A stretch of DNA of 64,000 nt from positions 160,580,001 to 160,644,000 of the forward strand of contig OZ024740.1 in the NCBI GenBank assembly GCA_964016885.1. The letters run 5' to 3'. Shown one piece after another: positions 17,521 to 31,246 of the stretch. Both the position numbers and the translations under genes were made by a program. The first letter of the stretch is position 1; each line of letters starts with the position of its first letter. The notes under the pieces were generated by a model. It had not been told where the DNA came from. It worked only from the letters and a program-made list of their open reading frames with translations, and made no database searches. Origin of the DNA: Eledone cirrhosa (taxonomy: Eukaryota).

Positions 17521-17870
17521 TTGTGCGATTGTTTGACGACGGTCGGGGGTTCTCGCACATGGCCGCACCAGCCACCCCACTACTGTGCGCAGCCCTAACA
17601 TGGTTAGTGTTATTGCTGTTTACACAGTTGTTGTTGGTGTTGTGCGATTACTTGATGACGGTCGGGGTTCTCACACATGGCCGCACCAGCCACCCCACTA
17701 CTGTGCGCAGGCCTAACATGGTTAGTGTTATTGCTGTTTACACAGTTGTTGTTGGTGTTGTGCGATTACTTGATGACGGTCGGGGGTTCTCGCACATGGC
17801 CGCACCAGCCACCTCACTACCGTGCGCAGCCCTAACATGGTTAGTGCTATTGCTGTTTACACAGTTGTTG
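17521..17870. repeat. Three ~119-bp GC-rich tandem monomers at the 5' end of the RTE
   Basis: ttgtgcgatt... units start at ~17521, 17640 and 17758. Confidence 0.9.
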
Positions 17871-18062
17871 CAATTCTCATTTGTTGTGCACATAGTTTTT
17901 GGCATTAATATATATACTGGTTGGATGCCCTTCCTAATACCAGCACCACTTCACTGCATGGGCTGGGTGCTTTTATCCATGCCACCAGCACTAGAGAGGT
18001 TATCATTTTGAAAGTATTTGGGGGGGGGGGGGAAATTAACAATATAATAACCATTCACATTA

Positions 18063-18290
18063 TTAACCCTTTAATGTTCAAACCGGCTAAAACCGGCCAG
18101 AATTCTCTACCTCTTTCTGCTGAAACTGGCTGTAACTGGTCGCTCAAACTGATATTAAGGTATTGTTCTCAAAATAAATACTTTCAAAATCTCATAGATT
18201 CGATATTATGTGAGATAATTATGTGAAGTAAAGCCTTTACCATGAAAATACAATAGTATATATAGAGTAATGTGAATGCTACATGGTTAA
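18063..18290. mobile_element. piggyBac-type MITE
   Basis: TTAA-CCCTTT...ATGG-TTAA with degenerate TIRs. Confidence 0.55.
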
Positions 18291-18470
18291 GTTGTCGTTT
18301 TGGAACATAATAAATGTAAATAAAATTATAATTAGATAAACTGTTTAAAATGAATCAAGGATAGTTTTGTGAATTCATTAAGAATTATAGAGTTATAATT
18401 TTTGGGTAAATGAATTAGTTTAAAACCACGTGTTGTTGAGACGGAAACAATTACATCATAGAAGAGTTAT

Positions 18471-18710
18471 ATAACCCTTTCATGACAGCATTTCTAAAGA
18501 AATTCACTGTATTTTAATTAATTAATGAAGAATTTTGAGGTATTAACTAAAATTAATCATTATTTCATTTCTAAAATAGTAACTTAATGTAAGGTTCTTA
18601 TATAAAATTATGTTAGAAGATTTTTAATTGAAATGGAAATCTTTAAAATGAGTGGTTTTATTTCATAGAACCAGAGGCAGTTTTGGCTGGGTTGGTAACG
18701 AAAGGGTTAA
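18471..18710. mobile_element. piggyBac-type MITE
   Basis: (a)TAA-ccctttcatgac ... gtaacgaaaggg-TTAA; a related copy at 25316-26361 is split by an RTE insertion. Confidence 0.65.
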
Positions 18711-18791
18711 GAAATACACTAAAATTGTTATATGTACTTTTTATATATTTCATAGTGCTTAAAATTTCGTTGCACTTTCCATTACACCATA

Positions 18792-18836
<45 letters not shown>

Positions 18837-18844
18837 ATATATAT

Positions 18845-18936
18845 ATTGTTATACTTTGGGAGGGTCATGTTGCCAATATCGGTTTCAACACATGTTTTCA
18901 GATAAAGAATCTTGCTAAACAAATTCAGAAACGAAA
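18845..18936. mobile_element. Minimal PLE end: ~30 bp of the family-C terminus fused to the inverted 'tail'
   Basis: Matches the start of 60863-60896 followed by 61397-61458; joined at a shared caata. Confidence 0.8.
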
Positions 18937-18942
18937 TATATA

Positions 18943-19236
18943 TCATCATTTCATTTTACGTCTGCTTTTTCCCTGCTTGCAAGGGTGGGACGGGAACTGA
19001 TTCTGGCTTGATTTCTACAGCTGGATGCCCTTCCTAACACCAACCTCATTTACAGTGAGTGGTGGGTGCTTTTTTGACGTGGCACCTATCATCTCATTTC
19101 TACAGCTGAGTAAAGTGGAGCAATGTGAAATAAAGTGTCTTGCTCAAGGAAACAAGAGATCACCTGGTCTGAGAATTGAACTCACAACCTTTCGATTGCA
19201 AGGCCAATGCTCTACCACTAAGCCATGTACCTCCAT
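18943..19236 (-). mobile_element. tRNA-derived SINE with RTE-like 3' tail
   Basis: A box tggcttagtgg, B box gagttcaattc, tccttgagcaagacactt core and gttaggaagggcatccagctgtagaaa tail shared with the RTE 3' UTR; sister copy at 41842-42133. Confidence 0.85.
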
Positions 19237-19262
19237 TATATCATTTTATATATATATATATA

Positions 19263-19446
<184 letters not shown>

Positions 19447-20369
19447 GGAGGTACATGGCTTAGAGGTTAGAGCATTGGCCTAATGTATATATATATATAT
19501 ATAATACCAATGAAGGTTGGAAGATCACTGTGATGAAGGACTAACTTTATTCAGATATATATATAGTGAATATAACAGTTTGTGTGTATTTTTTGAGCTG
19601 TATCATTATACTGTCATGTTATAATTATTTCAACATTGTAATGCCAGATGTGGTTTATGATTATGTTTTTCTTCTTGACTTCTTTACTTTCAACCTAAGC
19701 TTGTTTATCGTTAAAACAAGCTATAAGTGCAAGTATCAGTCCCTCCTCTCTTGGGATAGACTATATATGTTTCATTTATAAATATATATATAATATATGT
19801 ATATATATATGATCAGCTAACTATAAATATGATTATCAGTCCCACTTGACTAGTAGATAAACATCATACTTTGCAATTTTTCCCAGTGGTCATTACTGAA
19901 ACAGAAACAAAATGTTTAAACTTTAAACTTTATTTTAATCAGATAGATATTTGAGATTGCAAACACGAGGAAGATTTCTCAATATAGAAGTAGAGAGGAA
20001 TTATATGTTGTTGTGTTGAGATTACTCTGTGTTATTAATTATGTATTATTATGTATTAATTATGTATGTGTTATTAACTAAGAATTATCTAAATCAAGTT
20101 CCAGAAACAGTTCTTCATTACAATTAACAAGACATTCACCTGCTTAATTATTAAAATTGTAAGCTCTTTACCTTTTTTAAAATTTATTTTACTTTGTATA
20201 CAGCATTAATTCTATTATAACTGTATTTCACATCATTGCATTATTACAGTATATTATCTACTCACAGGAATACTAAACTCCAGGTTGTATTCTACTAAAT
20301 TATATACATGCTAACAAAAACAATTATTAGCCTCAGTCTTTGACAAATTCAACTTTACACACACAGAAG

Positions 20370-21145
20370 ACCTGAAGAAGATGGAACACTACTACTCCTA
20401 CTGGTGCTTTTGGCCCAACCCAAGCATGACCACTGTGATAGCCTTCCATCTTAGCACCAGACAAGCAATGACAGAACTGAAGGTCTCCTTCTGTGGTAGA
20501 CCTATCAAGAATGAACCATACACTTAATATCTTGTAACTTTAGATCGCAGCCTAACCTACTGAGAAAGAGAGTTGCTGGAAAGTTACTAGGATTAATATT
20601 ATTCACAGGTTAGCAGGAAACAGTAGGGATCTGATGCACATACTGTTCGAGCAGTGTATAATATATTGCTGAGAACTGTTCACTCTAGTGTACTGCTGAT
20701 GTCATCCTCAACTCAGTAATAGGAATAGTATTTGGCACACTAAAATCTTCATCTACTCAGTGGTTACCTACCCTTTCTCATATAGCTCCTTCTCACATGC
20801 AGCATCAGGAGATAATCCATGACGCAGTACTTCTTACTAATTCCAAGCCCGACCTTCCCATCTATGAAGACCTGGAAAACCTTCCCAACATACGCTTGAA
20901 ATTATGCAAAACATTCTGGGGAATCAATGAAGACACTTCATGACAATAACTTTAATCTGAAGGAAGAGTGGCAAAGATCATGGAATGAGTCCAGATTTGC
21001 TCACCAAGACCTCATTTAGTTGATTCTGACAAGAGCCACTGGAGGGAGTATTTGAGGACTCTGCCCTGCAACCGTCTCAGGAATAAGTGGGTGAAGAAGA
21101 TGAAGAAGATAATGACAACAACGAAGACAAAGAAGAAGGAGGAGA
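20370..21145 (+). mobile_element. Degenerate Ingi/Vingi-like (I-group) LINE 3' fragment
   Basis: Translates to RQAMTELKVSFCG...YL(G)VTLDRSLTY...RLAGNS..SDAHTVR; (GAA)n-like tail at ~21092. Confidence 0.5.
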
Positions 21146-21350
21146 ATGATCAGGGTTTGGATTACACCTAGTCTGTATGAAGAATTTCCAAACAGAGTGT
21201 ACGTGGGATATTTCAAGACTCTATTTTACAGCTGGATGCCAAGCTAACACTTTTAGTTACCTCGTACAACATACTGGGACAGTTTGTGCCTCTTCTAAAT
21301 CCAGGTATATAACAAATAGTATAAAACCAAGGTGTAGTTGCTTATCATAG

Positions 21351-21386
<36 letters not shown>

Positions 21387-21500
21387 TGTCCATTGCACTA
21401 AGATAGCATTAAGTATAGTAGGTGTTTATATGAAAGCATATACTATATGTTCGTTGTATACAAACATAGAGTATACAATTTCATATACACCCCTATTATG

Positions 21501-21524
<24 letters not shown>

Positions 21525-21531
<7 letters not shown>

Positions 21532-21762
21532 CTGATGGTAGCTAAGATGCTTCCATAGGCGGTATGCCAGTTGAGCACTCTATGTGCTTACAGAGCAGAG
21601 TATGATAGAATAGAAAACGAAAAATCAGTGATGCATCTGAACTCAGTTTATTGTGTGTTACAATTGTTTCCCCGGCAGACAGCTCGAGACGCGATCATTG
21701 TGTGGATCTGTCTGATTCTGGACCCACAGGTTCGACGGACACGTCTAATGATTTCGGAGCAT
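21525..21762 (-). mobile_element. Non-coding repeat (family D) with HHR-like motif; further copies in the foldback at 31247-31625
   Basis: Three homologous copies in this window, all bordered by microsatellites. Confidence 0.7.
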
Positions 21763-22000
21763 ATTTTCTCACTCTCTCTCTCTCTATATATATATAGATA
21801 GATAGATATTGAAAACTCTGCCATGTTCATGGAGAAAAATAGAGATTAAATAAATTTTTGTTATGAAAAAATATTTTTGTTTGATAACAAGGATACCCAT
21901 ATGTTCATTGTATATAAACATATAGTATACGATTTCATATACACTACTATTATGTATATACCTATATATATATAGAGAGAGAGAGATAGATAGATAGATA

Positions 22001-23899
22001 TATTTCTTTATTTGCCACAAGAGCGCACAAGAAAAAAGGGACAATACAAGGACATATGCCAGGGATTTTACATACAATCGTGTAAAAAAAATGTTTACCA
22101 AACAAATTCAACAATCGAAATCCCCAATAGGGAGGAGTCGTTACAATTGGGTTGTTTAATACCCCGTAGATGGAACAACCCTCAACTCCAGGAGCATGTT
22201 GTGCAAGCTTCCTTTTGCTCTCTCCTTCAGCCTACAGATTTATATACAGAGAAGGCCCAATCACTCGGGCTATTTTTGTAAATCTTTCTGTAAATTTACT
22301 GGGGTGCAGTACTTCTCTCTCCACTCTGATTCTCCTTCTAAAGTGGTACCTAAAGAAGGGAATGAGCTGTTGTCCGGAGAGAATCAATCTTGTCCACCAT
22401 ATAACATCTTTTACCATACCCACTATACAGAGGAAAACCGCTTCTCTTTCGTTTTTGAAAGAAGTTGTCGGTTTGATCCTTACTATGGACTCGGCAGTCA
22501 ACTGGATTTGTCCCATATGTGACAGCAGTTGTTCTGCGTAGTTCCACAGGTCGGTTACACCCAGGAAATGTACAATTGCATGCAGGACGGTTTCAATGTC
22601 CTACTTGCATCTTGAACACATTCTCTTGGAAGGATCTCTGCCGGGGCGCCCGTGCCTGTAGATCTTGTCTCATCCTGGTAGAGCTCCTCAGTAGCACTGC
22701 CAGGCCAGGGACCTTTGGAAGTTGTCCATAGGTTCCGGGCGGAAAGTCCTACTGAACAGACTGGTGAGCTCGTCGTCTTCGACGCCCAGGGTCTCTCCAA
22801 GCACGTCGTCACAATTGTAACGTATTATCTCTCTATAGAATGTCGAAGTGGAGTCACAACTGATTGCTGTGCCCGCTTGACAGAGGACTGTGAGCACTTG
22901 AGCACATTCAATGTGCCAGGCGTCCATTTTCTTCAGTCTCCGCTTGACCCAGGACTGCAGCTCCGTCAGCGAGACAAGTTGCGGGAAGGCCTGTCTCACA
23001 AACAGGGCCCACAATAGTTGGTCGGTGAGGAATACCTGGAGTTGCTGTAGCCTCAGAGCGTGTTTGCACATCATCAGCCACGGCATTATCAGCCCTCTGT
23101 TGGAAGCGTGCTGGCAGCAGACGGATCTCCTCACCAGTGGAGCCTATTTCTTCCAAAGGAATTGGAAGAGCGTCTGTTCCATCTTGGCAAGGTGTTCACA
23201 GAGACAAGGCATGATGGTCAAGCGGTAGTAGATGACGGACGCTATGAAAGTGTTCGCCACCTCCGCTCGACCTTTCAAGGATAGTTTGCACTCTGCCCAC
23301 TTCTGGGTGAGCGCAAATACCTTGGCTGTGACCTTGTTCCAGTTGTTCTCCACCTGGAGGTCTGGACCGAACCAGACCCCGAGCAATTTCACTGGTCCTT
23401 CCGTCCAGCGTCCGATGATGCTGTCAGACGGCATCGGTTTGCCTCTCCACATTCCGAGTTGCAAATCGACAGATTTATCTGGGTTGAATTTTGCTCCTGT
23501 GAGCCTTTCGTATTCCTGCTGTAAGTTGCCAATCGCCCCAATTTCCGAGGTTTTTGACACCATTACTATCTCATCATCAGCATAAGCCGATGACGCTTTT
23601 CGCAGTCCCGGTTCCAATGGGATGCCCTGCAAAAGCTCCAACTTCCGCAGTAGTGGCTCTAGAGTCAATACGTACAGAATGTAGGAGGGAGGGCATCCTG
23701 TCGGATGGAACGCGTGATTGCGAACGGCTTCGATAGGTAGCCGTTCACCTTGACTGAAGAGCAGATGTTGGTGTACATGGCTGTGATCAAGCCTCTGAAG
23801 ACGGGTCTGAAACTGGCCGCCTCGAGAACCGCTTCCAAGTATCGATGGCCGACCCTATCGAACGCCTTAGACTGATCTAAATTGATCAGAGCCCCACCG
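22001..23899 (-). pseudogene. L1/Tx1-clade LINE, 5'-truncated RT plus C-terminal region
   Basis: GALINLDQSKAFDRV, LEPLLRKL...AYADD, VKLLGVWF, LSLKGRAEVANTFIAS; 13-bp agatagatagata on both sides. Confidence 0.85.
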
Positions 23900-24066
23900 A
23901 AGATAGATAGATATTGAAAACTCTGCCATGTTCATTCTAGAAAAATAGAGATTAAATAATTTTTTGTTATGAAAAATTATTTTTGTTTGATAACAAGGAT
24001 ACCCATATGTTTGTTGTCTATAAACATATAGCATGTGTTTTCATATACACCACTATTATATATATA

Positions 24067-24672
24067 TCATCATCATCATCGTTTAACGTCCATCTTCCAC
24101 GCATGCATGGGTTTGGACGGGAGTTTTCCCACTTGAGGCAAGATTTGTTGTCCTGCTCGTATAGGACTGTCTGGCGGGTTTTCTATGGCTGCATGCCCTT
24201 CCTAACACCAACCACGTTTACAGTGTGGACTGGGAGGTTTTTACCATGTTACCTACACGGCCACATTACAGCGTGGACTGTGTGTTTTTTTGTTGTGACA
24301 CCTACACGACCTCATTTGTTTCGGACTGGATGTTGTGGTACCAACATAACTTTACATTGACAGGGGTGGTGTGGATGGGGTGGGGGTAGTGGGACGGGGG
24401 TGTATTTTTGTTAGAGGTGCCTACTGACTGTAGTAGGTTTCACTTTGTACTTAGGTAAGGCGGGTCTTCTGTATTACTGTGTAGCGCCAAAGATCACGGT
24501 CCAGTGACATTGTCTTGGAGAGGTGTAAGTGTGTGAGGTCGGAATTTATCAAGTCGTCCCAGGTTTTTCTGGGTCTGCCTACTCCGTGGCTACCGTCTAT
24601 TTTTATTGCCCTGCACTTTTTTATACAGTTGTCGTCTTTCATGCGCATCACGTAACCATACCAACGTAGTCT
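24067..24672 (-). mobile_element. RTE LINE 3' fragment
   Basis: ORF 24451-24651, 3' UTR and (CAT)n tail. Confidence 0.9.
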
Positions 24673-25461
24673 GTATCACTTTTTTCATTCTTTCCTTCTT
24701 AAATGACTTCATTATTGAAGATGGTTAACAAAATATCTAAACTAATTTTTGTTAATTGGTCCCCATCATAACACCTCCATCACCATAAACACGAACACTC
24801 AAACCAACTACCAACACAACCATTTCTACAACATCATTTGAATGGAAAATTATCTAAACGGAAAAATTAATTTCCAGAAACAAAATCTGCTCATTAATCA
24901 CTTTTTACAACTGTTTCTACACCATCGACATCCCCACAAAATAATCATTACCCTAAGTTCGATTGTATAATCTGCTAGCTTTAATTTGAATGATAAATAA
25001 GAAGGATTTGAAATGATATTATTTCTCTATTTGTTTATATTTTTCTCAATTTCTATATTCATTTATATATATAGTTTTGTTCTGTCATTTCAAACACAAT
25101 GATGGAAAATAATGAAAAATTTAGGATTTTGTTTCCAAAATTGAGTCGTAGGCTGTGTTTTGGATTTAAAAACAGTTAATTTTGTTGCTAACATTAAAAT
25201 CAAAGTTCCGATCTAAGGGTGACCAATGAGTTCCACTATATCAGTCTTCGAAGTTCTGAGAGAAAAGGTCAAAGTCATTTCCTTTACCACTTCTAATTGT
25301 TTATTTTGCTTGTTTTAACCATTTCATTACCATATTCTCATGATTTTCATATCATTTTCAAAATAATCAAAACTATAAATGGATTTGGTAATATAACTAA
25401 ATTTCTCATTAACCTGATAGTTGGAACATGAATTAACAAAGGTTTTTATATAAACACTTTA

Positions 25462-26310
25462 AAACAAGCAAGGTTTCTCTCTAAAAATGAAAGGCAGACT
25501 GTATGATGCCTGCATACGAACAGCAATGTTACATGGCAGTGAGACATGGGCATTGTGTGCAGAGGATCTGCGCAGACTGGAGAGGAACGAAGCTTGTATG
25601 CTCCGTTGGATGTGTAATAGTAATATACATGAACGGCAAAGCATAAATGAACTAAGTGAGAAATTAGGAATAAGAGGGATCAGATGCTGTTTACTCGAGA
25701 GAAGACTACATTGGTATGGTCACGTGATGTGCATGAAAGATGACAGCTGTATAAAAAGTGCAGGGCGATCAAAATTGATGGAAGTTACGGAGTAGGCAGA
25801 CCCAGAAAAACCTGGGACGATTTGATAAATTCCGACCTTACACACTTACACCTCTCCAAGTCACTGGACCGAGATCTTTGGCGCTACGCAGTAATACAGA
25901 AGACCCGCCTTGCCTAAGTACAAAGCGAAACCTATAGTCAGTAGGCACCTCCTAACCAAAAATACACCTCCATCCTACTACCCCTACCCCCACTCCATCT
26001 ATACCACCCCTTTCTCTGTAAAGTTATGTAGGTACCACATCATCCAGTCCTAAATAAATGAGGTCGTGTAGGTGTCACAACAAAAAACACACAGTCCACG
26101 CTGTAATGTGGCTGTGTATGTAATATGGTAAAAACCTCCCAGTCCACAATGTAAACGTGGTTGGTGTTAGGAAGGGCATCCAGCCATAGAAAACCAGCCA
26201 GACAGTCCTATACGAGCAAGACAACCAATCTTGCCTCACATGGGACAATTCCCGTCTAAACCCATGCTAGCGTGGAAGATAGACGTTAAACGATGATGAT
26301 GATGATGATT
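25462..26310 (+). mobile_element. RTE LINE 3' fragment nested in a piggyBac-type MITE
   Basis: MKGRLYDACIRTAMLHGSETW peptide, 3' UTR and (GAT)n tail; MITE ends at 25316 and 26361. Confidence 0.9.
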
Positions 26311-27099
26311 ATATCATAGAACCAAGAGCAGCTTCAAATGATTTGGTATTAAAAAGGTTAACCATCTTGAGTAAGAGCATAATTGACACTGCTAAATGTT
26401 TATATGTATCGGTTTGAGTGTGTATGCAAGGGCTTGTGTAAGTATGTATATGACATATGTGAGTGTATTTGTGTAAATGTGTGTGTGAGTATCTAAATGC
26501 CTATGTGTGTAAATGCAGTGACATATGTTTGTAAAAATGTGTGTGTGTATGTGAGAACATGTGTAATCACGTGTGCATATAGATATGCTTGTATTTGTAG
26601 GATGGACCAAGCTAGATCAGTCAATGTGCCTTGTTCCTTGATAATGGCTGGTTGATCCAAAATAATTTGGGAATATTAAATTGCTATGGCAACTTTCAAT
26701 CATTCGTCTTTTATTTTATTTTGCTTTCTCTCACAATTCCATTCTGATTGTTACCTTGGCAATATAAACCACTTGCATTGCATGGCTTTCTAAACCAACA
26801 AACTAATATTTTAAAATAAGTAGTCCTCAATATAATAAACATGTAGTATATCACATCATTATTTTATGTCCATGGACTGGAGAGGTTGTCATGATCTAAG
26901 ACTTGACTGGTCAGGGAACCATGTTTTGCTCAAACAGTCCATATTTTGACAGAGCTTCTAAAACTGGATGTCTTTTGTTACAATTACTTTACAGAATGCA
27001 CCAGGTGCAGCTTATCATATCACCAACACTAGATAGATTATCATATTTTTGGTCAAACTAAAGAGTCCTCTCTACATTGTATTGTCTCCATTTAATAAT

Positions 27100-27283
27100 T
27101 GTTTCTACTTTTGGCACAAGGCCAGCAATTATCCCAGTATATTATGGTACTTGATTTTATCGACCCCGTAAGGATGAAAGGCAAAGTTAACTTCGGCGGG
27201 ATTTGAACTCAGATCATAAAGAGCCGTAACTCTTTGCTGTAAAGCATGGCGTCCGACCCTCTACCGATACTGCCAATCCACCG
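27100..27283 (-). mobile_element. tRNA-derived SINE with Deu/Nin-like core and ~15-bp TSD
   Basis: B box gagttcaaatcc; core gcctttcatccttacggggtcgataaa; TSD gtctccatttaataat; sister copy at 60243-60427; decayed copies near 1300, 2030, 28550, 28930, 29850 and 37710. Confidence 0.85.
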
Positions 27284-27298
27284 TCTCCATTTAATAAT

Positions 27299-27838
27299 AA
27301 TAATGAAAATATTGTGTACAGTGCTCAGGTGCACTACAACTCATCAACAGTGTATGTATAGTACATAGGGTAATGTACAAACGTCAGGAAAATGAACAGA
27401 GCACGAGTCATGATATACACGTGTGCATGTGTATGGAAGGGGGACATCAGGTGTAGTTTTCGCGAATTTTGGGAAGCATGAGGGTTTTAAAGGATGTAGT
27501 GTCTCGGCAGCTAACAACTGATGCAGGTAGTTTGTTCCATGCTTCAGCAACTCTAAGCGTGAAAAAATGTTTCCGAAAGTTATGGGAGCTGTGCTGTTTT
27601 CTGATTTTGTAGGCATGTCCACGTGTGTTAGACACATGGAGATCAAAAAGGTGCTCACGGTTGTTGTTGTTGGCGAGATGGTTAATAACTTTGTCGGTGT
27701 TTACCAAGTCCATTGCCAGACGTCGGAGCTTCAATGAATCCATGCCCAGGGAAGCAAGGCGTTCAGAGTATGGTAGGTAACTGATGGAGAGTATGTGCTT
27801 GGTTGCACGTCTCTGAACAGTTTCCAGGAGGTCAATTT
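27299..27838 (-). mobile_element. CR1-clade LINE 3' fragment
   Basis: LKLRRLAMDL...TRGHAYKI...FFTLRVAEAWNKLP; (ATT)n tail. Confidence 0.8.
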
Positions 27839-28448
27839 AATTGCCAACAGCTTTACAGTAATAAAACCCCCAGAGACTCACTCAGTTAATTGATACATCC
27901 AGATTGTTCTCTCTACTCTGTTTTATTGATCATACTTGGTGACTAAAATGGAACTATCATCACATTTACTTGTAGCATCAAAGTACCTACTGTTGAGCGA
28001 GACTTTCGTATTATAGCATATCACCAGCCAGCTCAGTCATGTGTTATCTCTTTTGTGAGGTTTTGCTTCTTGATGTGATTCTTCATCAAATTGTCCCATG
28101 TTACATTTATAAAATATCTTGTCAATCTATTGTCATGAATAATACTGAAACAGATCAGGCATAGATAATAAATCTATGCCCAGTGGTAACTGTTTCATCT
28201 GATAGAACATTCTTGAAACTTATAGTAATTCAGGTATATATAATTGTGTGTCTATATATATTTATGTGTCTGTGTGTGCTTGTGTCAAGGTGTATTTGTC
28301 AGTATGTTTTTGTGTGTGTGTGTGTGTGTATCTTTCACTAAAAATGGTCATTAAATGATTATGATGATGATGATGATGTATGTATCTCTCCCTTAATTTG
28401 CAACATAGACAATTTTGTTTGTGAGGAAGCGAAAGAAACATAGTTAGT

Positions 28449-28512
<64 letters not shown>

Positions 28513-31004
28513 GAGAGAGAGAGTATACAGAGCCAGTAATTAATAGTACTTTATTTATTGACCTGGAATGATGAAAATTATAATTAACCTCAACAGGATT
28601 TGAGAGAGCCAGAACAAATTGCACAAAATATTGTATCCTACACTCCAATGATTCTGCCAATTTGATGCCCTCATATATTAAAAATGGAAGAACTCATTAG
28701 GCAATATAGTCATATATATATATATGTTTGGATCCATAACTCCTGGTGGAATTGTCAGCACACCATCCTGTCACATGGCTTATATTGGGCATTTTAAACA
28801 TGGTGGAGCCTATCCTACTCCAGGTCAGAACACAGCCTATTACTTTCAGAGAAGGGGAAAGACAGTAAGAGAGTAGAAACAAGAAAGACATACAGAGAAA
28901 AATTTGACTCCAGTACTATTTTTATTGACTTCGATAAAATGAAAGACAAAGTTGACTTCAGTGGAATTTGAATTGAAACTAGAAAGAGCCATAATGAATA
29001 TCACAAAGCATTCTATCTAATATTCTGATGATTCTGCTAATTTGCCACCTAGTCCTAGATATACTATGTGTTAATAATAAAAATAAAAATGAGATGGTCA
29101 AATAAAAAATATTTTTGATCATATATCTGCACTACCAGGACTGAACTGGGGCTTACCAAAGACAACTATCTATTTCTAGCATTGCAATTCATGATATTAG
29201 GAGGTCACCAACTGTCTGTATTGTAAATGTTAATATTAACTCTGATCATTATTGCAGGTAGTTACAATGATGACAGGTTTAACTTCCAGCGCTCCTCCCC
29301 ACTTCACTTTACACCAAACCCTATATCATTAGGTGATTTGATGATAGATGCAATGCTGTAATGACACCAGTAATCAGTTAATTAGCTACACAAAAATTTT
29401 AATTAATAGATATGATGCCATCAATAATTATTGATGCTGGTAATGTTGAATAAATGCTAATTGCATTGAAATCTAATGATAAGTTGTGATGTGGGCGTGT
29501 CTTTTATAGAAAACATTAGCTTTGCATGTAATTATCGAATTCTGTTTAATTTAAAACAATCTAGAACTTAGAATGATTTAAATTACATCATTTCTTTATC
29601 ATCATTATTGTTCTTATTTCCATTTATTTTTAAGACTATCATGGGTTGATTGAGACTTTTTGAAGCAGTATTCTATGGCCAGATGCCCTTCCTACTTGAT
29701 CTTTATATAAAGTACTGATCTTCCACATTAAACCACTGAAGTTGGACATAAACAAATGCAAGGCAAAAGCATGCATGCACACTCGCTCACTCACACACAC
29801 ATTAAGTGATAAAAAGAGATAGGAGAATCAACACCAGTACAACACTGGTACTTTATTTATGAATTTTGAAAGGATGAAAGGCTATTTTAACTTCCGTGAA
29901 ATATGAATTTAGAGCACAATGAAATGACACAAGTACTGAGATATTAATGTGACCCCTAACAAACCTGCCAATTCACCATCTTATCTGAATTATAAACATC
30001 ACTAAAATAGGTATCTGACTTAAACATTAGTCTTGAGGTTAATATAATCAACTGAATACCTGAATCTGATGCCCAGCATAGCTACACTGAAATGAATAAA
30101 ATGTAAGCGAATAAAAATACATGATCATCATTACCATCATATTAGCTTTTTTCTATGCTAGCATCTGTTGAACAGGTCATCACAGACCATGTTTGCATTC
30201 AATCAGATGGGTTGGAAGTTGCAACTTGCTTGTGTAGCTGCCTACACTTTACAAAGTGTACTGAAATCCTCTCATCACCACTAGGGAAGCTATCAGGCTC
30301 TTAGCACAAGTTGTGGGTCCTCTCAAAACTTTGTCTGACAGATTTTTAACAGCTGGATGACTTTCCCAATGCCAGTGGTCCTTGTTGAGACCTCAGGCGT
30401 ACATGGACCCTGTGCTGCCGATCTGATCCACATGATCAGAATGTCAGCAGCCTGAAGAAGGAGCACCACATGGTGGGGTGGCTGTTACAGTGGGTATCAT
30501 TGGCCATTGTCTGCAGGAATAATTTTGCAGTCTTGTCTGCAGGGGCACAGCCCCAACACCAGCACCTAGGCCCAGAGCCCATCATCTCCCCCCTACCATT
30601 CATCTGTGGCTTTAGAGCCCTTGCTTTTCCTAACCATTTCTATTTTTAAATATTTGTAGCATTTTTCTAGTTATTTTATAGTCATTCATTCATGTAGTTA
30701 TTTATTTATTAAATTGTGTATAAAAAAATCACAGATTGTACCAGGTGCATTTTTCGAGATATCAGCACTTGAGGGATTGTTGTCGTATATATATATTGAT
30801 TGAAGAGTGTTCCAATAAGCACATACGTTTAAAACTTTCACTTTCTTTTTATTTAGAGAAATTAATATCAATATATTCAGCAAGCTAGAAGGTTACAATT
30901 AAAGCTGTTATTCATTACTGCTATTTCATGTTAGAAACTAAATGGAAAAGGAAGTGTCAATGACCTTCCAAGGCCTGACAACACACATATCTAGTTGCAT
31001 GTAC

Positions 31005-31039
<35 letters not shown>

Positions 31040-31246
31040 CATACACATGCAATCAAGAGAAACAAACTTTAAATGCATTGAGTAATGTAGTATAAATCAT
31101 ATATATCATATATATCATATCAACATCATGGGTGGAGTGGGATGATTTGATGACAATCATTTTAATCACCTCTTATGGTATTCAGATATACAATGTACCC
31201 ACGCTAAATACACCACCAAATATATATATATCATATATATATATAT

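Noticed and set aside
17521-17870. CRISPR-like array
   Set aside because: Contiguous tandem units with no unique spacers; eukaryotic context
21796-24062. LTR retrotransposon
   Set aside because: The interior is an L1/Tx1 RT; the repeats lack TG..CA ends, PBS and PPT
24715-24770. TTGAAGA plus hairpin, and isolated CTGAAGA hits (~816, 13368, 14446, 20372, 23754, 30452)
   Set aside because: No downstream GAAA, stem III or stem I; not callable as hammerheads
30370-30620. GC-richer island, possible exon
   Set aside because: No clean ORF or splice signals; more likely a decayed TE fragment that I cannot classify
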